DNA of 64,000 nucleotides from an uncultured Gemmatimonadales bacterium (GCA_963741945.1 CAVUKA010000003.1:512001-576000), one strand, 5' to 3'. Positions 39,666 to 49,976 are shown, counted from the stretch's first letter. Notes: generated from the letters alone by a model not told the origin. Numbers and translations: made by a program.

Positions 39666-42065
39666 CTAGAGCAGGCTCACCGGGTCCCGGTCGATGATGA
39701 CCCGCACGGCACCGGACCCGGTGCCGTGCTCGCGATAGAGCGCGCGGCAGACCTGGCCGAGCTGCCGCGCACTGGGGCTGCGGAGCAGGATGTGCCAGCG
39801 CCAGCGGTCGCGGATCCGGTCAATGGCGCACGGCGCCGGCCCGAGGAGGTGGACCCCGGCCGCGGCGCCCTGGCCGGCGGTGCCCGGGCCCCCGGCGGCA
39901 CCGTGCGCCCCGGCAGTGTCGGACGGCGCGCGCGCGGCGGTGCGTCCCCGATCCCCGTCCGGCTGCATGGTGCGGATGGCATCGGCGCACCAGGCGGCGA
40001 TGTCCTGGGCCGCTTCCTCGACCTGCATCTCGTCCGGTCCGCTGACCACGATGTTGGCGAGGCGCGTGTGCGGCGGATAGGCGGGGTCGCGCCGCTCCTC
40101 CAGCTCGCGCTCGGCGAAGCCCACGTAGTCGTGCTCGAGGGCGCGCCGGATGGCGTAGTGGCCGGGGAGCGCGGTCTGGATGACCACCTCGCCGGCCCGG
40201 TCGCCCCGCCCGGCGCGGCCGGCCACCTGGGTCAGGAGCTGGAACGTGCGCTCGCCGGCGCGGAAGTCCGGGAGGTTCATGCCGACATCCGCGTTGATGA
40301 CGCCGACGAGCGTGACATGGGGAAAATCGAGCCCCTTGGCGATCATCTGCGTGCCGAGGAGGATGTCCACCTCCCGGCGCCCGACGCGGCCGAGGATCTG
40401 GTGGTGCGCCCATTTCCCGGAGGTGGTGTCCACGTCCATCCGCGCAACGCGCGCGGCCGGGAACGTCTCCGTGACCGTTCGCTCGACCTGCTCGGTGCCG
40501 AGCCCGCGGAAGGAGAGGTCCTGGCTGCCGCACTCGCTGCAGCGCGCGGGGATCCCTTCCTCGTGGAAGCAATAGTGACAGACCAGACGCCGGCGCGTGC
40601 GATGGTAGGTGAGCGACACGTTGCATCGACCGCACTGCCAGACGTGGCCGCACGCGCGACACTGGACGAAGCTCGCGTAGCCGCGGCGGTTGAGCAGCAG
40701 GATGGTCTGCTCGCGACGACGGAGCCGTTCGTGGATGGCGGCTTCCAGCGGCTCCGACAGGATGGCCGACCCACGCGGGCCCCCGGGGGTGGCGGCCGTG
40801 GCCGTACCCGGCCGGTGCTGGCGGAGGTCGACCACGCGCACGGGGGGAAGCGGCCGTCCCTCGACCCGCTCGGGCAGCTCGATGAGCGTGTACTTCCCCC
40901 GTCGAGCGTTGGCCCAGCTTTCGAGGGCGGGGGTGGCGCTGCCCAGGACGCAGACGGCGCGCGCCATCATGGCCCGGACAATGGCCACCTCCCGGGCGTG
41001 GTACCGGGGCGCCTCGCCCTGCTTGTAGCTGGTCTCGTGCTCCTCGTCGACCACGATGGCGCCGAGGTTCTGCACGGGGGCGAACACGGCCGAGCGGGCG
41101 CCGACGGCAATGCGTCGCTCGCCGGCGTGGAGCATGCGCCAGGCGTCGTATCGCTCGCCCTCGGAGAGCGCCGAGTGGAGCACCGCCACGTCCTCGCCGA
41201 AGCGGGAGCGGAAGCGGTCCACGGTCTGAGGCGTGAGCGCGATCTCCGGCACGAGGACGATGGCGCCGCGTCCCTGCCGGCCCACCACTTCCTGGAGCAG
41301 GTCCACGTAGACTCGCGTCTTGCCCGAGCCGGTGACGCCGCGCAGGAGGAACGCGCCGCCGTCACCGCGAGCGGCCGTCAGCAGCGGAGTCAGCGCCGCG
41401 GCCTGGTCGGACGTCAGGGGCGGCAGCGGCCCGCTGGCCGTGGGCAGCGAGGCGAACGGGTCGCGGGCGACTTCCTCCTCCACGATCTCGGCCACAGCCC
41501 GCTCCACGAGCCCGTTGATCACCGCGTAGGAGAAGCCCTGGTCCGTGAGCGACGGGACGGGCGATGCCCCGCCCGCCGCTTCCACGACCTCGAAGCACTC
41601 CCGCTGCCGCGCGGCCCGGCCGAACACCTCGTCGCGCAGCGTGAGGCTGGGCAGGTCGCGCGTGAGGCGGAGCACGCGCTGGGTGCGGACCGGGTCGGGC
41701 TCCGCATTGGCCAGCGGGTTCGGCAGCGCGGTGCGGAGGACGAGCCCCACGGACGAGAGGTAGTAGTCGGCAACCCAGCGGGCGAGGCGGATCATCCCGG
41801 CATCGGCGCTGGGGCGGGCCTCGAGGACCCGCCGGATCTCGCGGATGCGGGCGCCGCCGGCGATGTCGCCCCGCGGCTTTCCGGTGTCGCGTCCGCCCCC
41901 GGTCCCGGAGCCACGCTCCTCCGTGGCAGTGGGGCCGAGCACCCAGCCCACGAGCCGCCGCGGCCCGAACGGGACCTCCACGCGCGTCCCGGGCTCCACG
42001 GCCGCGTCGGTGCGGTAGGTGAACGTGCGCGGTATCGGGAGCGGGAGGGCGACCTCTACGAGCAT
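39666..42065 (-). CDS. priA: Primosomal protein N'
   Basis: GVTGSGKT, LVPEIALTPQ, DEEHE, GSATP, four CxxC motifs, GTQMIAKGLDFP, QVAGRAGR. Confidence 0.97.
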   Translation of the reverse strand: MLVEVALPLPIPRTFTYRTDAAVEPGTRVEVPFGPRRLVGWVLGPTATEERGSGTGGGRDTGKPRGDIAGGARIREIRRVLEARPSADAGMIRLARWVADYYLSSVGLVLRTALPNPLANAEPDPVRTQRVLRLTRDLPSLTLRDEVFGRAARQRECFEVVEAAGGASPVPSLTDQGFSYAVINGLVERAVAEIVEEEVARDPFASLPTASGPLPPLTSDQAAALTPLLTAARGDGGAFLLRGVTGSGKTRVYVDLLQEVVGRQGRGAIVLVPEIALTPQTVDRFRSRFGEDVAVLHSALSEGERYDAWRMLHAGERRIAVGARSAVFAPVQNLGAIVVDEEHETSYKQGEAPRYHAREVAIVRAMMARAVCVLGSATPALESWANARRGKYTLIELPERVEGRPLPPVRVVDLRQHRPGTATAATPGGPRGSAILSEPLEAAIHERLRRREQTILLLNRRGYASFVQCRACGHVWQCGRCNVSLTYHRTRRRLVCHYCFHEEGIPARCSECGSQDLSFRGLGTEQVERTVTETFPAARVARMDVDTTSGKWAHHQILGRVGRREVDILLGTQMIAKGLDFPHVTLVGVINADVGMNLPDFRAGERTFQLLTQVAGRAGRGDRAGEVVIQTALPGHYAIRRALEHDYVGFAERELEERRDPAYPPHTRLANIVVSGPDEMQVEEAAQDIAAWCADAIRTMQPDGDRGRTAARAPSDTAGAHGAAGGPGTAGQGAAAGVHLLGPAPCAIDRIRDRWRWHILLRSPSARQLGQVCRALYREHGTGSGAVRVIIDRDPVSLL

Positions 42066-42147
42066 GGCCGCCTGCGTCGGGGGAAGGGCAGAACGTGGAG
42101 GATGCAGCCCGGCGGCACCGGGCGAGCGCGGACGCGCGGCGCGGGAG

Positions 42148-42813
42148 TCAGAGCTGGATTCGGACGAAGTCGTACGGCGGCCACGGACCGGTCACGTCGA
42201 ACGCGAGCTCGGGGTGGGTGCCGCCCAGGTCGTCGGCGCGCTCGACGAACTCCACCCACGCGCTCCGGCTGACGAGGAACGCGGCGCTCATCAGGCGGCC
42301 GCCGCCAACGGGGAGCGGAATGGCCGCGCGGGCGAAGCGCCTCATCTCGGAATAGACCTGCATCGCCATCTCGCTGAGCGTGTCGTCGGCCTCGTCTCCC
42401 ACAATGTGCAGGCGCAGCTCCCAGTGGCCATCGAGGAACGCGAGTCCCTCGTCCAGCACGATGTACTGGTCCTCGAGGAACCGGACGACGGCGCGACGTC
42501 CGCGGAACACCACCCCGAACGGGGCCGGGAGGATGGTGCCGCGGCGCATGGTGGTTTCCACGAGGCGCTGGTGGTCCTGGAGCGCCTCGTCGTCCAGGTC
42601 GGGGACCTGGTACGGCACCGGGCGCACCAGCGCTTCCAGGTCCCGATAGCGAACCTTGACCAGGTCGGGGGCATCGCCGGCGCCCGCGCGCCAACTCCTG
42701 GAGCGAACCACGCCGTACAGGTACAGCCCCTCCACGGCGGTGCGCTCCTCCCGTCGTTGGGAGGAGTGGCGCACCGCCTCCGAAGCGGGACCTGCGTCGG
42801 CGGTCTCCCGCAT
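42148..42813 (-). CDS. GvpL/GvpF-family gas vesicle protein (orphan)
   Basis: LYLYGVV...HQRLVE...TILPAPFGVVF...AFLV...TGPWPPYDFV signature. Confidence 0.85.
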   Translation of the reverse strand: MRETADAGPASEAVRHSSQRREERTAVEGLYLYGVVRSRSWRAGAGDAPDLVKVRYRDLEALVRPVPYQVPDLDDEALQDHQRLVETTMRRGTILPAPFGVVFRGRRAVVRFLEDQYIVLDEGLAFLDGHWELRLHIVGDEADDTLSEMAMQVYSEMRRFARAAIPLPVGGGRLMSAAFLVSRSAWVEFVERADDLGGTHPELAFDVTGPWPPYDFVRIQL

Positions 42814-42819
42814 GGTACC

Positions 42820-44019
42820 TCAGGGCAGCAGGGTGAAGATCTCCTTCTGCGGCTCCGGGGTGGTCACCTCGGGGCCGTCCTCCCCCATATACACGTCAAT
42901 TTCCGTGCGCAGCCCCACATCGCCCGGGACATAGATCCCCGGCTCGATGCTGAAGCCCACGCCGGGGATCAGCATGCGGGTCTCATGCGTCTCCAGGTTG
43001 TCGATGTTCGGACCCATGCCGTGCACATCCTGGTCGATGGAGTGGCCGGTCCGATGGATGAAGTAGCGGTCGAAGCCGCGCTCGCGGATGACGTTGCGCG
43101 GGACGTCGTCGACCTGATATCCCTGGATGGTGCGGCCCGCGTCCCATTCCTCGCGCACGAAGCCCACGGCGGCATCGCGCGCGTCGCGGATCGCCTCCCA
43201 GTAGCGCTGCACGTCGTCGGGCACGCTCGCGCCCAGGTACCCCATCCACGTCTGGTCCGCGAAGATGGCGTCGCCGTCCTCCCGTCCCCAGAGATCGACC
43301 AGCACCACGTCGCCCTTCCGGAACGTGGCGCCGCCCGGACCGTTCTCGTAGTGCGGGTTGGCCGCGTTCACGCCGTTGGCGACAATGGCGTCCCGACCCT
43401 CCGGCACCCCGCGCTCACGGAGCTGGTCCAGCAGCCAGCCGTGGAGCGCACCCTCGGTCAGGCTGTCCCCCGCCGCGACCGTGTCGGCGAGGCGGCGGAA
43501 CGTGTCGCCGGCCGCACGGGCGAGAACGGCCGCGGCGCGGCGGTGCGACGCCAGCCCTTCCTCCGTCCAGCGGGCGTAGAAGCGGGTGATCAGGTCGGCC
43601 GAAGGCGTCAGCTCGGCGCCCGCCCTGCGCAGCAGCTCCGCCACGCCAGCCGGGACCAGGTCGACGGCGGGGACGGCATCGTTCGGCATGACCTCGGCCG
43701 CCACCTTCTTCCCGCCGACCAGCGCGGCCAGCCGCTCGTCCAGGCTTCTCCAGGAGACGTAGCTCTGCTTGGCCCACGGCCACGGATCCCAGGGCGTGGT
43801 CTCGATCCCGTGCATCAGCACCGTGGGCTCGCCGGAGGCCGGGATCAGGACGAAGTACCGGCGCGTGAGCTCACCCACTCCGGTGAGCTTTCCGGCGACG
43901 ATGTTCCGGGCATGCAGGTCGTAGAGCAGCCAGCCGTCCAGCCCCTGCTCCCGCAGCCCCTCCTGGATCTGCTCCAGCCGCCCCTTCAACGTTCCGAAAT
44001 CGCTCGCCGTGCTCTTCAC
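42820..44019 (-). CDS. M24 (Xaa-Pro) metallopeptidase
   Basis: NAANPHY, VDLWG, ADQTW, HRTGHSI...HG, SIEPGIY, GLRTE. GTG start with GGAGG RBS. Confidence 0.92.
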   Translation of the reverse strand: MKSTASDFGTLKGRLEQIQEGLREQGLDGWLLYDLHARNIVAGKLTGVGELTRRYFVLIPASGEPTVLMHGIETTPWDPWPWAKQSYVSWRSLDERLAALVGGKKVAAEVMPNDAVPAVDLVPAGVAELLRRAGAELTPSADLITRFYARWTEEGLASHRRAAAVLARAAGDTFRRLADTVAAGDSLTEGALHGWLLDQLRERGVPEGRDAIVANGVNAANPHYENGPGGATFRKGDVVLVDLWGREDGDAIFADQTWMGYLGASVPDDVQRYWEAIRDARDAAVGFVREEWDAGRTIQGYQVDDVPRNVIRERGFDRYFIHRTGHSIDQDVHGMGPNIDNLETHETRMLIPGVGFSIEPGIYVPGDVGLRTEIDVYMGEDGPEVTTPEPQKEIFTLLP

Positions 44020-44061
44020 CGCCGTCCTCCCTCTCCGGTTCAACCCACGCTCGTGTCGGGG

Positions 44062-44090
44062 AATGTGCGCCGGCGCGCGGGGCGGGTCAA
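44062..44090 (-). promoter_or_regulatory. Putative sigma70 promoter for M24 peptidase-gvpL/F
   Basis: Minus strand TTGACC-N17-CACATT. Confidence 0.5.
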
Positions 44091-44148
44091 TCGCGGGACG
44101 GGCCGGCATGCCGCCATGCCAGGCGCGTGGGCGGCCGCCGTCCCCCGT

Positions 44149-45120
44149 TCAATCCTCGAACGCCGCAGGCGGGAGCCCGGCCAGGGCGCGCAGTGTCTGT
44201 ACGGCCCCCTCGGCCGCGCGGTGCGGGACATAGCCGCCTTCGAGAAGCGCCACGACCCGGCCGCCCGCGTCATCCACCAGCCGTCGCGTCATGCCATGGA
44301 GGTCCACAGGCTCGAGGAGCAGGCCGCCCAGCGGGTCCCCCGCGAGGCAGTCGAAGCCCGCGGAGACGAGGACCAGGTCGGGCGTGAACTCGTCCAGCAC
44401 CATGGAGACCACCTCGTCGTACACCTCGAGGTAGTACTCCCTCTCCACCCCGTGCGGGAACGGGACGTTGCGCGTGGTCCCCTTCCCCGCGCCGGAGCCC
44501 GTCTGCCCCGTGCTCCCCGTCCCCGGATAGTGGCCCGTCATGTGGAGCGACAGGTAATAGACGCTCGGGTCCGTGTAGAAGATCTCCTGCGTTCCATTGC
44601 CGTGGTGCACGTCCCAGTCGACGATCAATACCCGCTCCAGGCCCGCCTCCTGGACCGCCCACTTCGCCGCGACCGCGACGTTGTTGAACAGGCAGAAGCC
44701 CATGGCGCGCTCGGCATTGGCGTGGTGCCCCGGTGGCCGCGTCAGCGCGAACGCCGTCCCCGCCTCCCCGTCCAGCACGATCTTCGTGGCATCCAGCGCA
44801 GCCCCGGCCGCACCCACGGCCGCGTCCCAGGACGCCGGCGACACGATGGTATCCTGCGTCATCGCCACCGGCCCGCCCGCTTCCTTCGCCCGCTCCACCC
44901 ACCGGCCCACGTGATCCAGGTGCGCGGGCGTGTGCACGCGGAGCAGGTCGTCCCGCGAGGCCGGCCGCGCCTCCGCCTGGAGCATCCGGTCCAGCAGGGC
45001 CGGTGTCTCGCGGTAGATCGCCTTCACGATGGCCGGCAGCCGGCCCTGGTGCTCCGGGTGGTGCCACCCCGTGTCGTGCAGCGCGCACGCCGGGTGGGAT
45101 ACAATGGCCGTTTCACGCAT
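44149..45120 (-). CDS. Histone deacetylase family amidohydrolase
   Basis: HPE...RL, RPPGHHA, GFCLFNN, DWDVHHGNGT, SAGFD, LEGGY. Confidence 0.95.
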   Translation of the reverse strand: MRETAIVSHPACALHDTGWHHPEHQGRLPAIVKAIYRETPALLDRMLQAEARPASRDDLLRVHTPAHLDHVGRWVERAKEAGGPVAMTQDTIVSPASWDAAVGAAGAALDATKIVLDGEAGTAFALTRPPGHHANAERAMGFCLFNNVAVAAKWAVQEAGLERVLIVDWDVHHGNGTQEIFYTDPSVYYLSLHMTGHYPGTGSTGQTGSGAGKGTTRNVPFPHGVEREYYLEVYDEVVSMVLDEFTPDLVLVSAGFDCLAGDPLGGLLLEPVDLHGMTRRLVDDAGGRVVALLEGGYVPHRAAEGAVQTLRALAGLPPAAFED

Positions 45121-45212
45121 GCCCGGAAGGTGGTGGAACTCGGCTGCCCACGCGACCCCTCCACTCACGCGAAGAGCGCGAAGGTAGCGGAGGGACGGGG
45201 AGACGCAGCCCC

Positions 45213-48200
45213 TCAGGTGCCGAAGCGTTCCTGGAGGCTCCGCACCTCGCGTTTGCGGCGGGTCAGCGCGATGACGGCGTCGGCGGCGGCGCTGGCGGCG
45301 GACATGGTGGTGCAGTACGGGACCTTGTAGGCGATGGCCGTGCGGCGCATGGCGTAGTCGTCGAACTGCGACTTCTTGCCCAGCGGCGTGTTGATCAGCA
45401 GCTGGACGTCGCCGCTGATGATGCCGTCGGCGATGTTCGGCCGGCCCTCGCCCACCTTGTAGATGGGGGTGGCCGGGATCCCGCGGGCGCGGAGGTAGCG
45501 CGCGGTGCCCCCCGTCGCCCGGATCTCGAAGCCGAGCTCGTGGAAGCGGCGGACGATGGGCGTGACCGTGGGCTTGTCGTTGTCGTTCACCGTGACCACG
45601 ATGGTTCCGCCGGTGGGGAGCGACGCGCCGGCGGCGACCTGCGCCTTGGCGAACGCCATCCCGAACGAGCTGTCGAAGCCCATCACCTCGCCCGTGGACC
45701 GCATCTCGGGGCCGAGGAGGATGTCCACGTTGAACTTGTCGAACGGGAACACGGCCTCCTTCACGGCGACGGCCGCGGGCGCCGGCTCCGAGGTGGGTTC
45801 CAGCCCCGCTTCCGCCAGCGATTTTCCGCCCATGATGGAGGAGGCGATGCGGGCGAACGGGATGCCCGTGGCCTTGGCGACGAACGGCACGGTGCGCGAC
45901 GCGCGCGGGTTCACCTCCAGGACGTAGACCGTCCCATCTTTGATGGCGAACTGGACATTGATGAGGCCGACCACGCCGAGCTCTCGCGCGAACAGCCGGG
46001 TCAGCCGCTTCATCTCCGCCACTTCGGCATCGGCAAGGAGGTAGGGGGGGAGGACGCAGGCGGAGTCGCCCGAATGGACGCCGGCGTCCTCAATGTGCTG
46101 CATCACGCCCGCGATGACGGCGTCGGTCCCATCGCAGACGGCGTCCACATCGGCCTCGAACGCGTCCTCCAGGAACCGATCGATGAGGACCGGGTGGTCG
46201 TGGCTGGCGCGCACGGCGCGGTCGAAGTAGGCGCGCAGGGAAGCGTCGTCGTATACGATCTCCATGGCGCGCCCGCCGAGGACGTAGGAGGGCCGGACGA
46301 GCACGGGGTACCCGACCTCCGCGGCCACTTCGACGGCGCGGTCCACGCTGCTGGCGATGCCGCTGGGGGGCATCGCCGCGCCGATCTCGCGGCAGAGGGC
46401 GGCGAAGCGGTTCCGGTCCTCGGCCCGATCAATGGCATCCACGGACGTCCCGAGGATCCTCACGCCGAGCGCGGCCAGCGGCTCCGCCAGCTTCAGCGGG
46501 GTCTGGCCGCCGAGCTGCACGATGATCCCCTCCGGCCGCTCCCGCTCGACGATCTCCAGCACGTCCTCCAGCGTGAGCGGCTCGAAGTAGAGCCGGTCAC
46601 TGATGTCGAAGTCCGTGGATACGGTCTCGGGATTCGAGTTGACCATGATGGTCTCGAAGCCGTCGTCGCGCAGGGCGAGCGCCGCCTGCACGCAGCAGTA
46701 GTCGAACTCGATCCCCTGCCCGATGCGGTTGGGCCCGCTCCCCAGGATCATGACCTTCCGCGCGCCCGTGGGCTCCGCTTCCGACTCGCTCTCGTATGCG
46801 GAGTACAGGTATGGCGTGGCCGCCGGGAACTCGCCGGCGCAGGTGTCCACCATCTGGTACGTGGGGCGGACGCCCAGGGACCAGCGGAGGGCGCGGATCT
46901 CGGCCTCGGTCACCCCCCGCAGCCGGGCCAGCTGCGCGTCACCGAAGCCGAGGCGCTTCATGCGACGCAGGGCGGGGGCATCGATTCCGGGGAAGGCTTC
47001 CGTCGCGGGCACCCCACCTTCATCAACAGCGTTCGACACGAAGGACTCGGAGGTGTCGAAGAGGTCGAAGGACCTCTGTTCCGGAGGTTGCCCGGGGTGC
47101 GTCGGGTCACCGGGCGACGGATGCTCCCCGTGCGCCGGAGCCCACCACGCCTCCGCCTCCTGCAGCTCCCGCAGCTGCGCCAGGAACCACGGGTCGATGC
47201 GGGTGAGCTGGTGCAGCTCCTCGATCCCGAACCCGCCCTCGAACGCGCGCTTCAGCTGGAACGGCCGCTCGGCGGTGGGGCGACGCAGGGCGGTGCGGAG
47301 CGTCTCGGGCTGGTCGTCCGCGAGTCCATCGTCGCCGGGACGAGGCGAGGCCGTCCAGCCATCCCGGTCGATCTCCAGCCCACGCAGCCCCTTCTGCCAC
47401 GCCTGCTTGAACGTGCGGCCGATGGCCATGGTCTCGCCCACGGCCTTCATCTGGACGCCGAGCGTGTCATCGGCGGTGGGGAACTTCTCGAACGCGAAGC
47501 GCGGGAACTTCACGACCACGTAGTCCAGCACGGGCTCGAAGGATGCGGGCGTCTGGCGGGTGATGTCGTTGGGGAGCTCGTCCAGGCGGTAGCCCACGGC
47601 CAGCTTCGCGCCGATGCGGGCGATGGGGAACCCGGTGGCCTTGGACGCCAGCGCCGACGACCGGCTCACGCGCGGATTCATCTCCACCACCAGCAGCTCG
47701 CCATCGTGCGGACTGACGGCGAACTGGATGTTGCAGCCGCCCGCGTCCACGCCGATCTCCCGGATGATGGCGATGGCCGCGTCGCGCATGCGCTGGTACT
47801 CGACGTCCGACAGGGTCTGGGCCGGCGCCACGGTGATGCTGTCGCCGGTGTGCACGCCCATCGGATCGACGTTCTCGATGGAGCAGACCACCACCACGTT
47901 GTCGGCGGAGTCGCGCATCATCTCCAGCTCGAACTCCTTCCACCCGATGACGCTGCGGTCGATCAGCACCTCGTGCACGGGCGAGAGGTCGAGTCCGCGC
48001 TGCACCGCGGTGCGGAACTCCTCGAGGTTGTACGCGATCCCGCCGCCCGTTCCGCCCAGGGTGAAGGACGGGCGGATGATGGCGGGGTAGGCGGTGTCCT
48101 CGACAATGGCGAGGGCGTCATCGAGCGAGCGGGCGAAGCCGCCGTGGGGGACGGCCAGGCCGATGCGGGCCATGGCGCGGGCGAACTCCTCGCGGTCCTC

Positions 48201-48578
48201 GGCCATGCGGATGGCGCGGGCGTCGGCGCCGATCAGCGCCACGTTCCACCGCTCCAGGACGCCGGTGTCGTAGAGCTCGAGCGCCACGTTCAGCGCGGTC
48301 TGCCCGCCCATGGTGGGAAGCAGCGCGTCCGGCCGCTCGCGCTCGATGATGCGCTCGACCCACTCCGGCGTGATCGGCTCGATGTAGGTCCGGTCCGCGA
48401 GGTCCGGGTCCGTCATGATCGTGGCCGGGTTGCTGTTGACCAGGATCACGCGGTAGCCCTCCTCGCGGAGGGCGCGGATGGCCTGCGTGCCGCTGTAATC
48501 GAACTCGCACGCCTGCCCGATGACGATGGGGCCGGAGCCGAGGAGGAGAACGCTGCGGAGGTCGTCCCGGCGAGGCAC
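45213..48578 (-). CDS. carB: Carbamoyl-phosphate synthase large subunit, with an internal ~45-50 aa insertion
   Basis: [60 protein letters not shown] domain. Confidence 0.97.
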   Translation of the reverse strand: MPRRDDLRSVLLLGSGPIVIGQACEFDYSGTQAIRALREEGYRVILVNSNPATIMTDPDLADRTYIEPITPEWVERIIERERPDALLPTMGGQTALNVALELYDTGVLERWNVALIGADARAIRMAEDREEFARAMARIGLAVPHGGFARSLDDALAIVEDTAYPAIIRPSFTLGGTGGGIAYNLEEFRTAVQRGLDLSPVHEVLIDRSVIGWKEFELEMMRDSADNVVVVCSIENVDPMGVHTGDSITVAPAQTLSDVEYQRMRDAAIAIIREIGVDAGGCNIQFAVSPHDGELLVVEMNPRVSRSSALASKATGFPIARIGAKLAVGYRLDELPNDITRQTPASFEPVLDYVVVKFPRFAFEKFPTADDTLGVQMKAVGETMAIGRTFKQAWQKGLRGLEIDRDGWTASPRPGDDGLADDQPETLRTALRRPTAERPFQLKRAFEGGFGIEELHQLTRIDPWFLAQLRELQEAEAWWAPAHGEHPSPGDPTHPGQPPEQRSFDLFDTSESFVSNAVDEGGVPATEAFPGIDAPALRRMKRLGFGDAQLARLRGVTEAEIRALRWSLGVRPTYQMVDTCAGEFPAATPYLYSAYESESEAEPTGARKVMILGSGPNRIGQGIEFDYCCVQAALALRDDGFETIMVNSNPETVSTDFDISDRLYFEPLTLEDVLEIVERERPEGIIVQLGGQTPLKLAEPLAALGVRILGTSVDAIDRAEDRNRFAALCREIGAAMPPSGIASSVDRAVEVAAEVGYPVLVRPSYVLGGRAMEIVYDDASLRAYFDRAVRASHDHPVLIDRFLEDAFEADVDAVCDGTDAVIAGVMQHIEDAGVHSGDSACVLPPYLLADAEVAEMKRLTRLFARELGVVGLINVQFAIKDGTVYVLEVNPRASRTVPFVAKATGIPFARIASSIMGGKSLAEAGLEPTSEPAPAAVAVKEAVFPFDKFNVDILLGPEMRSTGEVMGFDSSFGMAFAKAQVAAGASLPTGGTIVVTVNDNDKPTVTPIVRRFHELGFEIRATGGTARYLRARGIPATPIYKVGEGRPNIADGIISGDVQLLINTPLGKKSQFDDYAMRRTAIAYKVPYCTTMSAASAAADAVIALTRRKREVRSLQERFGT
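47025..47141. repeat. Palindromic-element remnant inserted in-frame in carB
   Basis: Shares GACACGAAGG, GTCGAAGAGG and TCGGGTCACCGGGC with the 5671-5941 element. Hairpins TTCGACAC/GTGTCGAA and GAGGTC-GAAG-GACCTC. Confidence 0.65.
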
Positions 48579-48581
48579 CGG

Positions 48582-48698
48582 CTAGTCGGCCTCCTCCTTC
48601 CCTCGCTCCTTCCGCAGGGCGGTGACCGTGATCAGGATGAGGCCGCCCCAGATGAAGCCGCCGATGAGGACCATTGTCGCGATGGCTGCGGTGTTCAT
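48582..48698 (-). CDS. 38-aa single-TM microprotein, MetS (NSS transporter small subunit)-like
   Basis: MNTAAIATMVLIGGFIWGGLILITVTALRKERGKEEAD; ends 3 nt before the carB start. Confidence 0.7.
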   Translation of the reverse strand: MNTAAIATMVLIGGFIWGGLILITVTALRKERGKEEAD

Positions 48699-48854
48699 CG
48701 GATCCCGTGGAAGGATTGCGTTCGGGACGGTATGATGGGCGGCAGCCGTGGGGTCGCGCAAGCGGCGCCGTCCGGCGGGGAGCGGACCGGGCGACGGGCC
48801 CTGGCGCGCCTGGCCCCATCGCCCCATTCTAGCGCCCTCGCTGCCGGGGTCGTG

Positions 48855-48883
48855 CGGGTCCGAAAGACGGGTCCGAAAGACGG
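48855..48883. repeat. 13-bp direct repeat CGGGTCCGAAAGA x2
   Basis: Copies at 48855-48867 and 48868-48880 in the divergent intergenic region. Confidence 0.7.
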
Positions 48884-48984
48884 ATCCCCGCCAGCGCTCC
48901 GAGGTCCGGCTCTTGCATTCGGTCACCCGCACCGGGATGGGGCGCTGTCCCGGAGCCGGATACGGCGCGCTCGTCGCCCTGCTC

Positions 48985-49335
48985 ATGCGTGGCGGCGTTC
49001 GATGGATAGATGAACGGGACCGCGAGCACGATCAGTTCTGGAGGTACACGTTGGACAGCGCCTATCCGGCCGTCGAAGAACGCCTCGGAACCCTCATCAT
49101 CGAAGGGCAGCGCCAGGAAGTGTGGGTCCGGTCGACACCCGACACGGACGGCACCTGGCACAACGCACTCCTCTTCCGGCGTGGCGGGAAGCTGTCTCCG
49201 CCCGAGCCCATCGTGGCCGGCGTGGACTGGCACGTTCCGCCGGGGATCGCCCTCGAGCGCGCCCAGGAGCTGGCCCAGCGCGAGCAGATCCAGTTGTTCC
49301 AGCGTGCCCAGCGCCCCCGGCCGCCGCTCTTCTGA
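48985..49335 (+). CDS. Hypothetical protein
   Basis: MRGGVRWIDERD...QLFQRAQRPRPPLF; coding-like codon use. Confidence 0.7.
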   Translation: MRGGVRWIDERDREHDQFWRYTLDSAYPAVEERLGTLIIEGQRQEVWVRSTPDTDGTWHNALLFRRGGKLSPPEPIVAGVDWHVPPGIALERAQELAQREQIQLFQRAQRPRPPLF

Positions 49336-49645
49336 TCACGCGGAGGTGCGGAGGAAGCGGAGAGCGCGGAGAACAGCGGTCCACGCGGAGGCGCGGAGAA
49401 CGCGGAGAACGGCCCACGCGGAGGAAGCGGAGAGCGCGGAGAACAGCGGCCCACGCGAAGGCGCGGAGAACGCGGAGAACGGCCCACGCGGAGGAAGCGG
49501 AGAGCGCGGAGAACAGCGGTCCACGCGGAGAGCGCGGAGAGCGCGGAGAACGCGGAGAGCGGCCCACGCGGAGGAAGCGGAGAGCGCGGAGAACAGCGGC
49601 CCACGCGAAGGCGCGGAGAGCGCGGAGAACAGCGGCCCACGCGCG
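49336..49645 (+). repeat. Compound tandem repeat array (~9 units of 32-45 bp built from GCGGAGARC-type 8-9-mers)
   Basis: Recurring CCACGCGGAGGAAGCGGAGAGCGCGGAGAACAGCGG and CCACGCGAAGGCGCGGAGAACGCGGAGAACGG. Starts immediately after the TGA at 49335. Confidence 0.93.
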
Positions 49646-49976
49646 GGGCGTGCAGGGACGGCGCGGCGCGTGGCGGGCTGATCGTCCGGGATCGGGAGGG
49701 GCTGAGCGCCAGTGGCGCGCCGGGCCGGGAGGCGGCCGGGGCGTCGATGTGGCGGGGAAGCACGAACTCCAGCTGCGGGCGCCGATTGGCGGGCTGGTCT
49801 CGGCTCAGGTCTTGGTGGCTTCGTTCCTTCGTGGCTTCGTGCGATATCCGCCGGCGGGAAGCGCGCCCGCCGTCCGCGTTGACGCGCCAGTCGCCCGCGC
49901 CGACGGGGTCCGCCGCGCCGCCCCGCCCTGCCCTGCCCTCATCCGGACGGCTTGTTCCGCCGGTCTTCGTGCCTCG

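Noticed and set aside
48855-48880. CCGAAAG pair as a fourth SOS-like box
   Set aside because: Period is 13 bp (N8), not 11 bp, and the flanking genes are not repair genes.
49336-49645. Possible CRISPR array or repeat-protein gene
   Set aside because: No unique spacers. ORFs across it are open only because the + strand lacks T, and they have no RBS or coherent product.
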